From Planctomycetota bacterium (GTDB lineage: Bacteria > Planctomycetota > UBA11346): a DNA stretch of 64,000 nucleotides. This document shows, piece after piece, positions 19,395 through 28,831 of the stretch. The stretch spans positions 63,648 through 127,647 of the forward strand of contig JBBQSO010000003.1 in the NCBI GenBank assembly GCA_038213805.1, written 5' to 3'. The notes below the pieces were generated by a model that did not search any database, was not told the origin of the DNA, and saw nothing but the letters and a program-made list of their open reading frames with translations. The translations under genes and the position numbers were made by a program. How positions within the stretch are numbered: the stretch's first letter is position 1; the number at the start of each line of letters is the position of its first letter.

Positions 19395-20650
19395 GCGCAC
19401 CTGCGATTTCCGTAGTCGGCCTCGGCAAGAGCTACCGTCTGGGCACCCCGGCGCGCTACGGCAGCCTGCGCGACAGCCTCGCGGCGCTGGCGAAGGGTAA
19501 ACTCGGATGCGCCCGCGGCGACGAGATCTGGGCCCTGCGTGACGTGAGCTTCGCCATCGCCCAAGGCGAGGTGGTGGGCGTGATTGGCCGCAACGGGTCG
19601 GGCAAGAGCACGCTTCTCAAGGTGCTCGCCCGCATCACCCAGCCGACCACCGGTGAGGCGCGCATCTACGGCCGCGTCGGCAGCCTGCTCGAGGTCGGCT
19701 CCGGTTTCCACCCCGAGCTCACCGGCCGCGAGAACATCTATCTGGGCGGCGCTGTCATTGGCATGCGCCGCCGGGAGATCGCCGGGCGCTTCGCTGAGAT
19801 CGTGGCCTTCGCCGAGCTTGAGCGCTTCATCGACACCCCAGTGAAGCACTACTCAAGCGGCATGTACATGCGCCTGGCCTTCGCCGTGGCCGCCCACCTC
19901 GACGCCGAGATCCTGCTCATCGACGAGGTCCTCGCAGTCGGCGACGCCGCGTTCCAGGCGCGCTGCCTGAGCAAGATCGGCGAGCTCGCCGGGCACGGCC
20001 GCACGGTGGTGTTCGTCAGCCACCAATTGAGCGCGGTGCGGCGCTTCTGCAGCCAGGCGCTGTGGCTCGACGGTGGGCGCGTGCGCGGCCATGGCCACAC
20101 CGATGAGATGATGGCCGCCTACCTCGCCAGCCTCGATCCCGGCGGCGGCCACGGAACGGCGGCGCAAATCGCGGCGCTTCCCCCGGACCCCGCGCTGCGC
20201 CTGCTGGCGGTGGCGCTGCGTCAGAACGGGCAGCCCACCCTCCAGGCTGAGACCGGGATGCCGCTCGAAGTGGTGATCGACTACGAGGTGCTACAGCGCA
20301 CCCCGGGACTGCGCGTCTACGTGATACTGCGCGACCTCGACGACGCCGCGATCTTCCGCAGCCACGCCCATGGTGAGCAGACCGGGCTGCCGACCGCCTT
20401 GCCAGGCCGCTACCGGGCCACCTGTACCTTCCCACCCAACCTCCTGGCACCGCGACGCTACATCATCGAAGCCAGCGCCGATGTGCACAACGTGCGCAAG
20501 TGCTTCGTGCCGGGAGCCCGCCTCGCGTTCGATCTCCACGATTCGGGCGTCCTGCCCTTCGCCTTCGCCAGCGATGGAGCCCGGGGCGTGCAGATCGCAC
20601 CGCTGCTGCCCTGGCGCACCAGCCCACTGGACGGGCCGCGCGATGCGTGA
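19391..20650 (+). CDS. wzt: Polysaccharide ABC transporter ATP-binding protein with C-terminal Wzt_C-like domain
   Basis: Start at ATG 19391 overlapping the wzm stop. GRNGSGKST, YSSGMYMRLAF, DEVLAVGD, then a beta-rich C-terminal extension. Confidence 0.93.
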   Translation: MSAPAISVVGLGKSYRLGTPARYGSLRDSLAALAKGKLGCARGDEIWALRDVSFAIAQGEVVGVIGRNGSGKSTLLKVLARITQPTTGEARIYGRVGSLLEVGSGFHPELTGRENIYLGGAVIGMRRREIAGRFAEIVAFAELERFIDTPVKHYSSGMYMRLAFAVAAHLDAEILLIDEVLAVGDAAFQARCLSKIGELAGHGRTVVFVSHQLSAVRRFCSQALWLDGGRVRGHGHTDEMMAAYLASLDPGGGHGTAAQIAALPPDPALRLLAVALRQNGQPTLQAETGMPLEVVIDYEVLQRTPGLRVYVILRDLDDAAIFRSHAHGEQTGLPTALPGRYRATCTFPPNLLAPRRYIIEASADVHNVRKCFVPGARLAFDLHDSGVLPFAFASDGARGVQIAPLLPWRTSPLDGPRDA

Positions 20651-20698
20651 GGCGGCGCCGACGCACACGACTGCGGATAGCCCCGGGGACGGCTGACG

Positions 20699-22294
20699 AT
20701 GCGCATCTGCTTCTTACCCGCGGCTGGGGCCGAGACGGCCGGCGCCAGAATCCGCGCCTTCGCGCTCGCACGCGCGGTGGCGGAGCTCGGCCACGAGGTG
20801 CGGATCGGGCCATGGCCGGAAGCAGAGGTCGTGGTAGTCCAGAAACGGCTCGACCGCGCTGTCCTGCGCCTCGTCCAGGGCATGCGCAAGCAAGGTGCGG
20901 CAGTGATCTACGATGTCGACGATAGCGGGCCGGCGCTCGCCTTCTGGGCTGCGCCACGCCTGTTCAGGCGCATGGTCCGTTGGGCCGATCTCATCACCAC
21001 CGACACCACCGGGCATCGCGAGCGCTTGACCGGAAGCGTGGGCGGGACCGAAATCGTCATAGTCCCTGACCTGATCGACTACGCCCCAACTGAGCCGCGC
21101 CGTCTGCTCCAGTGCGAGGAGGCGGAGCTCCGTGTCCTGTGGTTCGGCAGTTTCTCAAACATCGCCCTCTTCGCACGCCATGCCGCCACGCTACTCGCCA
21201 TGCGCGACGTCCGCCTGGTGGTTATCACCTCCCTGGCCAGCTGCGCGCAGATCGCGGAACGCTTCCCCGGCATCGACTTCCTGCCCTGGTCGGTCGACAG
21301 CTTCACCAGCCAGTTGGCTACGTGCCACCTGAGCTGCCTGATGCATGACGGCAGCGAGGATGACCAGGCGAAGAGCAACAACCGGATGATCACGAGCATA
21401 TGCTGGGGCGTGCCCGCGGTGGTGACCGCGACCAGGGATTATCTGCGCACGGCCATGGAGTGCCGGATCGAGTCCGCCGTCTTCGCCGATCCTGACGAAC
21501 TGGTCGCGGCGATCACGGGCCTGCGCAGCGCCGCGGCCAGGCGGGCGTATCTCGCGAATGCGCAGGACGAGGTGTGGCGGCGGTACGCGCCGCAGACTGT
21601 TGCGCGCACCTTCCTCGCGGTCGCCAACCGGGCGCTCGCGCTCGCTGCCGCCAGGAGTCGCCGGTGTGGGTGGCGCCAGCGGCTGGCGGCGCGGATGCCG
21701 GCGCGCCTGCGCACCCTGGTCCGGGCCTGGCGCAACCGCGGGACCGAGCCACCGGTCGACGCACCGCGCGAGTACCTGCTCGCGTGGGTCGATCCCGCTG
21801 GGCAGGGGTACCGCGATGCGGTGTACGCCCGCCAGCGCAGCGGTGGCAGCCTGCCCCTGCTCGACAACCCCACGGTCGAGGAGATCGCAGCCGTCCTGGC
21901 CGCCGATGCCCCGGCCGAGGTGCTGGAGGTGGGCTGCGGTTGGGGACGCCTGCTCGAACCCCTGGGGGCCCGCTTCCGCATCACCGGCTGTGATGTCTCA
22001 GCGGAAATGCTCGCGCTGTGCCCGCCGGGCCTCGCAAAGTTCCGCTTCGATCTGGCAACCGCCGACAGCGCCGAAGTGGCCGCCCAGGAAGGGCGCTGGG
22101 ATGTAATCTTTATGCGCGGTGTCATGCTGTATCTAGTCGAGAATCCGCAGCACGCCCGACGCGCGCTGGCCAACCTGCTGCGCCTGGCGCGCAGGCAGAT
22201 CCACGTGTGGGAGTGGCCAGAGACCTGCGCGCAGATGCGCGCGCTGTGCCCAGACCGTCGCTTCGTCTATCACCCGATTGAGCACCGCGAGTGA
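20699..22294 (+). CDS. Glycosyltransferase-like (GT-B) domain fused to a class I SAM methyltransferase
   Basis: N-terminal VVQK, IYDVDD, VLWFGS and KSNNR motifs; C-terminal VLEVGCGWG, GCDVS..ML and WDVIF motifs. Confidence 0.78.
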   Translation: MRICFLPAAGAETAGARIRAFALARAVAELGHEVRIGPWPEAEVVVVQKRLDRAVLRLVQGMRKQGAAVIYDVDDSGPALAFWAAPRLFRRMVRWADLITTDTTGHRERLTGSVGGTEIVIVPDLIDYAPTEPRRLLQCEEAELRVLWFGSFSNIALFARHAATLLAMRDVRLVVITSLASCAQIAERFPGIDFLPWSVDSFTSQLATCHLSCLMHDGSEDDQAKSNNRMITSICWGVPAVVTATRDYLRTAMECRIESAVFADPDELVAAITGLRSAAARRAYLANAQDEVWRRYAPQTVARTFLAVANRALALAAARSRRCGWRQRLAARMPARLRTLVRAWRNRGTEPPVDAPREYLLAWVDPAGQGYRDAVYARQRSGGSLPLLDNPTVEEIAAVLAADAPAEVLEVGCGWGRLLEPLGARFRITGCDVSAEMLALCPPGLAKFRFDLATADSAEVAAQEGRWDVIFMRGVMLYLVENPQHARRALANLLRLARRQIHVWEWPETCAQMRALCPDRRFVYHPIEHRE

Positions 22295-22414
22295 GCGGAT
22301 GCCACGGCCTCCACGCGACCCCGGCTCCAATGGCCGCCACCGCTGGCGGCCCGGACCGCCGCGCACATGCTCATATTCCAACCTCGTGATCACCCACTGT
22401 ACTTGGGACCCCCG

Positions 22415-23530
22415 ATGACCCAGCTCTTCAAGCCCTTCGTTAGCGAGGCCGCTATCGCCGCGAGTGCCGAGGTACTGCGCTCGGGCTGGATCGGCCTTGG
22501 TCCACGCACCGCCCGATTCGAACGCGAGTTCGCCGCCTACATCGGCTGCCGGCACGCGGTGGCGGTGAACTCGGCAACCTCGGCACTGCACCTCGCAGCG
22601 GTGGTGTCGGGCATCGGTCCCGGCGATGAGGTGCTGACCACGCCGATGACCTTCCTCTCGACCAATGCGGCGATCCTGTACCAGGGCGCGGTGCCGGTGT
22701 TCGTCGACATCGAACCTGACACCCTCAACCTCGACCTCGCCCAGGCCGCCGCGCTGGTCAGCCCGCGCACCAAGGCTATAATGGTCGTGCACTACGGCGG
22801 CAACCCCCTCGATGAGGAGCGGCTCTATGCCTTCGCCACCCGGCACGGCCTGGCGGTAATCGAGGACGCGGCCCACGCCTGCGGAGCGACCTTCCGCGGT
22901 CGGCGCATCGGCGCCTTCGGCACCACCTGCTTCTCGTTCCACGCGGTCAAGAATCTGCCGCTCGGCGATGGTGGCATGGTGACCACCGATGACGACGCGC
23001 TCTGCGCGCGCCTGCAGCGCCTGCGCTGGATGGGCATCGACCGCAGCACCTTCGACCGCAACGCCGGTGCCTACCAGTGGGAATACGACGTCGACGAGCT
23101 CGGCTACAAGTACCACATGAACGACATCGCCGCTGCGATCGGCTGCGCGCACCTGCCGGAACTCGATGCGTGGAACCGGCGCCGCGCGGGCTTCGTCGCG
23201 ATCTACCGCGAGGTCCTCGGCGATCTGCCGCGTGAGCGCCTCGCATTCCTTGCCACCACCCCAGGGGCCGAGTCCGCGCACCACCTCTGCGTAGTGCTAG
23301 TCGCCGACCGTGACCGCCTGAGCGGGCTCCTCAAGGAGCGCGGCATCGGCGTCGGTGTGCACTACAAGCCGAACCACCATTACCCGCCGTTCCGCCGTTT
23401 CGTGCGCGCCCCCCTGCCCGCCTGCGAAGCGGCTTATGCCCGGCAAATGAGCCTGCCGCTGCACCTCCATCTCGATGAGGCCGAGGTGCGCACCGTGGCC
23501 ACCACCCTGCGCGAGCTGATCGCGTCGTGA
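22415..23530 (+). CDS. DegT/DnrJ/EryC1/StrS sugar aminotransferase
   Basis: NSATSALH, IEDAAHACG, FSFHAVKNL (PLP lysine), GDGGM. Start set at ATG 22415. Confidence 0.94.
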   Translation: MTQLFKPFVSEAAIAASAEVLRSGWIGLGPRTARFEREFAAYIGCRHAVAVNSATSALHLAAVVSGIGPGDEVLTTPMTFLSTNAAILYQGAVPVFVDIEPDTLNLDLAQAAALVSPRTKAIMVVHYGGNPLDEERLYAFATRHGLAVIEDAAHACGATFRGRRIGAFGTTCFSFHAVKNLPLGDGGMVTTDDDALCARLQRLRWMGIDRSTFDRNAGAYQWEYDVDELGYKYHMNDIAAAIGCAHLPELDAWNRRRAGFVAIYREVLGDLPRERLAFLATTPGAESAHHLCVVLVADRDRLSGLLKERGIGVGVHYKPNHHYPPFRRFVRAPLPACEAAYARQMSLPLHLHLDEAEVRTVATTLRELIAS

Positions 23531-24714
23531 ATCCGCCCTCCCCGCGGCTGGGGCAACTGGACCAGCCGCCGCGCGTGGCAGTGGTGCTCGCGAGCGCGGC
23601 GTGGGGCGGAGCCGAGAGTCAGGCGCTGCTCGGCGCCGCAGCGCTACGTGCCGCCGGCCGTGCCGAGATCGTCGTGTTCGCCATGACCAGCGCGCCCCTG
23701 GCCGGCAGTCCGGTCGCCCTCGCCTGCGCGGCCGCCGGCTTCCCGTGCCTGCCGCTGCCGCGCTGCGAATCGCGCTGGGGATGGCGCACCTGGTTGCGCA
23801 TCCGGGCCATCGGCCGGCAACTGCGCGCCTCCAAGGCAGACCTGCTGCTGCCCTTCACCATGCCCGCCAACATCGCCTGCGCCCTGGGACGCACCGCGAG
23901 CGGTGCACGCGCGGTGATCTGGAACCAGCGCGATCAGGGACTCGCGCGCTTTCCACGCTGGCTGGAGCGGGCCGCCGTACGCCGCGCGAACGGCTTCATC
24001 GCCAACAGCCCGGGTGGGGCGGCCTTCCTCGCCGACAGACTCGGCGTCCCCGTCGCGCGCATCCGCGTGGTGCCCAACGCCGTAGCACTCCAGCCGCCGC
24101 GCCAAGCGCGCGCCGCCTGGCGCAGCGGACTGGGCATCGCAGCGGATGTCCCGTTGGTGTGCATGGTGGCCAACCTGAGCCCGCACAAGGACCATCACAC
24201 GCTGCTCGCGGCGTGGGCCCTGGTGGTCGCCGACTACGCGGAAGTGGTTCCTCACCTCGTCCTGGCCGGGCGGGACGATGGCGCCGGTGTGAGCCTGCAC
24301 GCGCAGATCGATGCCGCTGGACTCGCCGCCTGCGTACACTTCGCCGGCCCGGTAGATGATGTGGCAGGATTGCTCGCCGCCAGCGATCTGGCGGTCTTCA
24401 GCTCGCGCTCCGAAGGCCTACCCAATGCCGTGCTGGAGTCGATGGCGGCCGGGCTCGCTGTCGTGGCCAGCGACATCCCTGGGGTGCGCAGCGCCCTCGG
24501 GGAAGGCACGCAGCCGCTCGCGCGACCTGGCGATGCCGCTGGCCTCGCCGCGCTGATCATCGCCGCGCTCCGCGATCCCCGGCTTCGCGAGAGACAGGGG
24601 GCAGCCAATCGCCAGCGCGCGCAGGAGAGGTTCTCGACCGCCGAACTGGCACGCGCCCTGACGGAAGAGATCAGCCTCGTGCTGGACTCTCCGTCGCGTT
24701 CCGAGCCGCCATGA
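23527..24714 (+). CDS. Glycosyltransferase family 4
   Basis: GGAE, VANL.PHKDH, SRSEGLPNAVLESMAAG. Confidence 0.92.
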   Translation: MNPPSPRLGQLDQPPRVAVVLASAAWGGAESQALLGAAALRAAGRAEIVVFAMTSAPLAGSPVALACAAAGFPCLPLPRCESRWGWRTWLRIRAIGRQLRASKADLLLPFTMPANIACALGRTASGARAVIWNQRDQGLARFPRWLERAAVRRANGFIANSPGGAAFLADRLGVPVARIRVVPNAVALQPPRQARAAWRSGLGIAADVPLVCMVANLSPHKDHHTLLAAWALVVADYAEVVPHLVLAGRDDGAGVSLHAQIDAAGLAACVHFAGPVDDVAGLLAASDLAVFSSRSEGLPNAVLESMAAGLAVVASDIPGVRSALGEGTQPLARPGDAAGLAALIIAALRDPRLRERQGAANRQRAQERFSTAELARALTEEISLVLDSPSRSEPP

Positions 24715-25520
24715 CCACCCTCGCCTTCCTCATCCCCAGCCGCGACCGCCACGGCGAGCTGGCGCGGTGGCTGCCAAGCGTGCTGCGCGCCGCGCAGCGG
24801 GTCGAAGCCGCGGTTCTGATCTGCGACCAATCCGCACGACCCTTTTCCGCCCCGCGCGGCGCGACCGTCCTGCACCGCCCGGACCTCGCCGGGTTGCCGG
24901 CCGCGCGCAACGCCCTGCTCGCGGCATGCGCAGCCGAGGTGGTGTGCTTCCTCGACGATGACGCCGCGGTCGCCGGCGACTTCGCCACCGTCCTGCTCGC
25001 TCTGGCAGCGGTCGAACCGGACACCGTGGCCTGGGGCCCAGTAGTGGAGGCCCGGCCCCTGGCCGTGCGCCGCCTGCACCGCCTCGCCCAGTTGGGGGTC
25101 TTCCACGATCCCCGCCGCCTGATCGGCCAGCGCCGCGACCAGCCGACCACGGCGCTCTTCGGTTGCTGCTTCGCCGTGCGCCGCGCCGCAGCCGTGGCGA
25201 CCGGGTTCGACGCCCGGAGGGACGGCTACGCCCTGGGCGAGGATCTCGACTTCTGCCTGCGTCTGCGTGCGCACGGCGGCCTGCGCTTCGCACGCGGACT
25301 GCGCGCCATCCATCACCGCGCCGCGACCGGCCGCGCCGACCGCGACCGCCGCGGCCTCGGCAAAGGCGCCTTTCTGCGCTGGCTGGCGCGCCGCCATGGC
25401 GGCCATAACCCCTTCACCGTGCTGCACCTGCTCCTGGCGGCTGCTGCCGCCGCCAGCACTCGCGGAGAGGAACCGGCCAGCTTCCTGGGGGTGATGCGCG
25501 GCCTCTGGGCCGGACGATGA
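24711..25520 (+). CDS. Glycosyltransferase family 2
   Basis: IPSRDR, ARN, FLDDD, GEDLDF. Confidence 0.88.
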   Translation: MTTLAFLIPSRDRHGELARWLPSVLRAAQRVEAAVLICDQSARPFSAPRGATVLHRPDLAGLPAARNALLAACAAEVVCFLDDDAAVAGDFATVLLALAAVEPDTVAWGPVVEARPLAVRRLHRLAQLGVFHDPRRLIGQRRDQPTTALFGCCFAVRRAAAVATGFDARRDGYALGEDLDFCLRLRAHGGLRFARGLRAIHHRAATGRADRDRRGLGKGAFLRWLARRHGGHNPFTVLHLLLAAAAAASTRGEEPASFLGVMRGLWAGR

Positions 25521-25620
25521 GCATGTCCCACCGGGCCCACCGGCGAAAACGCTGCGGGAAAGCCTCAAAGAGACGAACGTTTGCCCAAATCCTCCCACTT
25601 TACCCCGCGCGTCAGCCCCT

Positions 25621-25665
25621 CAAGCGATTTCCCGTCTTGAAAATCGCTTGCCCGGCACCTAGACT
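25621..25665 (+). promoter_or_regulatory. Sigma70-type promoter with overlapping inverted repeat (putative operator)
   Basis: TTGAAA (25637-25642), 17-nt spacer, TAGACT (25660-25665). Inverted repeat CAAGCGATTT-N10-AAATCGCTTG at 25621-25650. Confidence 0.65.
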
Positions 25666-25830
25666 GACCATCCGCAAACTACCCCCTGAATTCGACTTCG
25701 CGCCGAAGTCGCATCCCGCTGTCCGGCACTTGTCGTACGGCGTTTCACCTTCGGGCATGGAAGCATACGGTTCCGCGGCGCGGCGGACGATCCGGATCGC
25801 CGGCACGTCGGAACCTGTTCTGGAGCGCGC

Positions 25831-27228
25831 ATGAGCAGTCTCACGCTTGACTACACCAACTGCCTCTCGGATGCCATCGGCGCAACCCATGGCCTGACCA
25901 AGCCCGAGGTCGATACGTTGGTGGCCAAGTTCCCCAAGCACCACGAGAACATCGAGGAGCTGCGCAGCACCGGGGAGAGCAGTTTCTTCGACCTGCCCTA
26001 CCAGGACATCAGCGAGCTCAAAGCCCTGCTCAAGAAGCACCAGGGCAAGTGGGACAACCTGGTGGTGGTGGCGATCGGTGGCAGCGCGTACGGCGCCAAG
26101 GCCCTGCTCACCGCGCTCGGCCACTCCGCCTTTAATCTCCTCGAGGGCAAGGCGCGCCGGGGTGCCCCGCGCGTGCACTTCGCCGCCAATCCCGATCCCC
26201 TGGCTCTGACCGAGCTGGTCGAGGTCCTCGACCTCAAGAAGACCCTCTTCCAGGTGGTCAGCAAGACCGGCACCACGGTCGAGACCAATGCCATGTTCCT
26301 GTGGTTGCAGGAGCTGCTCAAGAAGAAGGTCGGTAAGAGCGCCCTCTCCAGCCAGGTGGTGATCACCACCGATCGCGAGAAGAGCCCCCTCATCGAGATC
26401 GCCCGGCAAGAGAAGATCGACACCCTGAATGTGCCGTCGAACCTGACCGGCCGCTTCGGCGTGCTCGGCAACAGTGGCCTGTTCACTGCCGGCATGGTCG
26501 GCATCGACGTCGCCGCACTGCTTGCCGGCGCCGCCGACATGGACAAGCGCTGCCGCCACGGCGAGGCCTTCCGCAACCCGGCTTACATGCACTCGCTGGT
26601 GCACTACCTGTTGACGCGCAAGCGCCGCAAGACCATCCACGTGACGTTCAGCTTCAGCAACCGGGTGCACGGCATCGGCGAATGGTACTCGCACCTGTGC
26701 GCGGTCAGCCTCGGCAAGATGCTCAACCGCAAAGGCAAGGCCGTGCACGTCGGGCCCAGCCCGGTGTCGGCGCTCGGCACCTTCGACCAACACGGGCAGA
26801 TGCAGCTCTTCGCCGAGGGCCCCTTCGACAAGGTGGTGACCTTCATCACCGTCAAGGACCACGGCGCCCAGCTTATCGCACCCGCCGCCTACCCCAAGGT
26901 CGAGACCGTCGGCTACCTCGGCAATGCCGACTTCGCCGCCATTCTCGACAACGGCTACCTGGGCGCGGAACAGCACATCACCGCCAGCGGTCGGCCGAAC
27001 ATGACCATCATGCTCGACAAGGTCGAGGCCGGCCCGGTCGGCGGGCTGATCTACCTGCTGCAGCTTTCGACGGTGATGAGCGCCGAGCTCTACGGCATCG
27101 ATCCCTTCGACCAGCCGGGCGTCGAGCACGGCAAGCACGCCTCCTTCGCCCAATTCGGCCGCGCCGGGTTCGAGGACCACGCCAAGCGCATCAAGGATTA
27201 CCGCGGCAAGCCGCGCAAGACCTGCTGA
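25831..27228 (+). CDS. pgi: Glucose-6-phosphate isomerase homologue lacking the catalytic Glu
   Basis: IGGS, SKTGTTVET, GRF, DQHGQMQL and DPFDQPGVEHGK are present, but QLxxESxGK reads HLCAVSLGK. GGAG RBS. Confidence 0.88.
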   Translation: MSSLTLDYTNCLSDAIGATHGLTKPEVDTLVAKFPKHHENIEELRSTGESSFFDLPYQDISELKALLKKHQGKWDNLVVVAIGGSAYGAKALLTALGHSAFNLLEGKARRGAPRVHFAANPDPLALTELVEVLDLKKTLFQVVSKTGTTVETNAMFLWLQELLKKKVGKSALSSQVVITTDREKSPLIEIARQEKIDTLNVPSNLTGRFGVLGNSGLFTAGMVGIDVAALLAGAADMDKRCRHGEAFRNPAYMHSLVHYLLTRKRRKTIHVTFSFSNRVHGIGEWYSHLCAVSLGKMLNRKGKAVHVGPSPVSALGTFDQHGQMQLFAEGPFDKVVTFITVKDHGAQLIAPAAYPKVETVGYLGNADFAAILDNGYLGAEQHITASGRPNMTIMLDKVEAGPVGGLIYLLQLSTVMSAELYGIDPFDQPGVEHGKHASFAQFGRAGFEDHAKRIKDYRGKPRKTC

Positions 27229-27349
27229 ACCCATCCGGGAAGCTGCGAGCCCATGCGGCTTGGGGACTTGCGAGGCGCCACCCCTTGCACCGCCGCCCCA
27301 GATCGGCCATGATAGACGGACGCCCGCCTCGGGACCAAGGACCGCCGCA

Positions 27350-28342
27350 ATGCCCCTCTTCGACCAGCTCAACGAGCTTCTCCACCCGGTGCGGTGGGTG
27401 ATCCTGGTGGTGGCCGTGCCGCTGCTGGTGATCTATGGCCGCGTGCTGGCCGGCGCCCTGTTCGGCAGCGCCGCGCCCGGCACCAAGACCGCCTCGATCG
27501 TTGGCGGCAAGCCGGTGGTGCCGGTGCGACGCAACCCGGGCGCTGGTCCGCGGCCTGGCGGCGCGAAGACGCCCACGCCGATCCCGCCCGGCGGCAAACA
27601 GGAGGTCCTGCCCAGTTCGCTTGAGGCCGGCATCGCCGGCCACGCGCAGCGCGCCGCCGCCAAGACGGCCAAGATACCCGTCCCGCCCGCACGCGCCAGC
27701 GACAGCCAGGCGCCCACCGACATCATCCCGCCGTCGGTGCCGCGCGGCGCGACCCCACCGGCGACCGCGCGCATCGACAAGCCGGTGCCGCCCGAACCGT
27801 CCATCATCGGTTCCGGCACCAGCGACGATGCTGCCCTCGCCGACCTCTTCGGCGGCGTGGCCAAGGCCGAGGCCCCCGCCGGTCCGCAGCCGACCGAAAC
27901 CGAGCTGAACCGCCGCAAGGCCACGCGCATGGAGGAACTTGGATTCCACCACAGCATCGCCAGCGACACCGTCACCGGCGCACCCGGCGCAATCGCCCCC
28001 ACCGGCGACACCAGCAGGCCGGCCGAGCCGCCGCGCAGCCAGACCGCCGAGCTGACCTCGATCCTGGAGCGCATCGACAAGTTCCTCGCCGAAGACCAGC
28101 CCGCCCCCGGCGCCGAGAAGCCCACGGACAAAGTCACCGACAAGGTCGAGGCCAAGCCGCCCACCACCACCATCACCGTCAAACCGGCCGGTGAGCCGGC
28201 CGCTGCCAGCGCCCCGCCCGAGAACCCGGCGACCAAGAAGACCCAGCCGCTGTGGGCGCGCGCCGACGTGCAGGATGAGGACCTCGAGAAGAAGGATCCC
28301 CCCATGGATCCGAAGCCGCCGGAGCAGCAGCGGTTGTTCTAG
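27350..28342 (+). CDS. Single-pass membrane protein with long Pro/Ala-rich disordered tail
   Basis: Start set at ATG 27350 after AGGA. N-terminal hydrophobic helix, low-complexity tail, GC3-rich codons. Confidence 0.75.
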   Translation: MPLFDQLNELLHPVRWVILVVAVPLLVIYGRVLAGALFGSAAPGTKTASIVGGKPVVPVRRNPGAGPRPGGAKTPTPIPPGGKQEVLPSSLEAGIAGHAQRAAAKTAKIPVPPARASDSQAPTDIIPPSVPRGATPPATARIDKPVPPEPSIIGSGTSDDAALADLFGGVAKAEAPAGPQPTETELNRRKATRMEELGFHHSIASDTVTGAPGAIAPTGDTSRPAEPPRSQTAELTSILERIDKFLAEDQPAPGAEKPTDKVTDKVEAKPPTTTITVKPAGEPAAASAPPENPATKKTQPLWARADVQDEDLEKKDPPMDPKPPEQQRLF

Positions 28343-28353
28343 GGAAATAAGTG

Positions 28354-28402
28354 GGCTGATGGCTGATGGCTGATGGCTGATGGCTGATGGCTGATGGCTG
28401 AT
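28354..28402. repeat. Tandem heptamer array (GGCTGAT)x7
   Basis: Seven perfect units read directly. Confidence 0.95.
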
Positions 28403-28480
28403 CGTCAGCATCGCGATCGCGAATCACGCTTTCCTCACATTTGTAGGCTGGCGAAGAGGAGAGATGGGCGAATCGGTCGC

Positions 28481-28831
28481 CTGCCTAGAGCGCCTACGGC
28501 GCGGCCAGTTGGCCAGCCCAGGGCAATGCCCTACCCATTACCCACCACTGCTCTCGACGTCGCGAAATGATCGGAAATTTGCATATTTAACCGCTTTCTG
28601 AGCCTGCGGAGCAGGCGACATCGACTAGCCCAGGGCGTGAGCCCTGGGACGAGATGGAAGCAAACTCCCATCCCGTACGGTTCGCGGTTCCTGCCGATCA
28701 GCAACCCGCGATGACGTTTGGGATGCGAGCCGGCAGGAATCGCGAACCGGACGGGATTCCAGCGTGATCGCGGCATTCCTGGGCGTTTCCCTGGGCTGCT
28801 TGTCTGGTCGCGCCGTTGGCGCTCTGGGCAG
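28481..28831. mobile_element. REPIN/MITE-like non-autonomous element with nested inverted repeats
   Basis: Outer inverted repeats 28481-28532 / 28780-28831 (41 of 52 match by hand alignment); an inner REP-like unit at about 28600-28648; an inner 27-bp hairpin 28670-28696 / 28731-28757 with 2 mismatches. Confidence 0.65.

Noticed and set aside
27191..28411. Minus-strand 406-aa ORF starting with ISHQPSA repeats
   Set aside because: It is the translation of the heptamer array plus the antisense shadow of 27350..28342.
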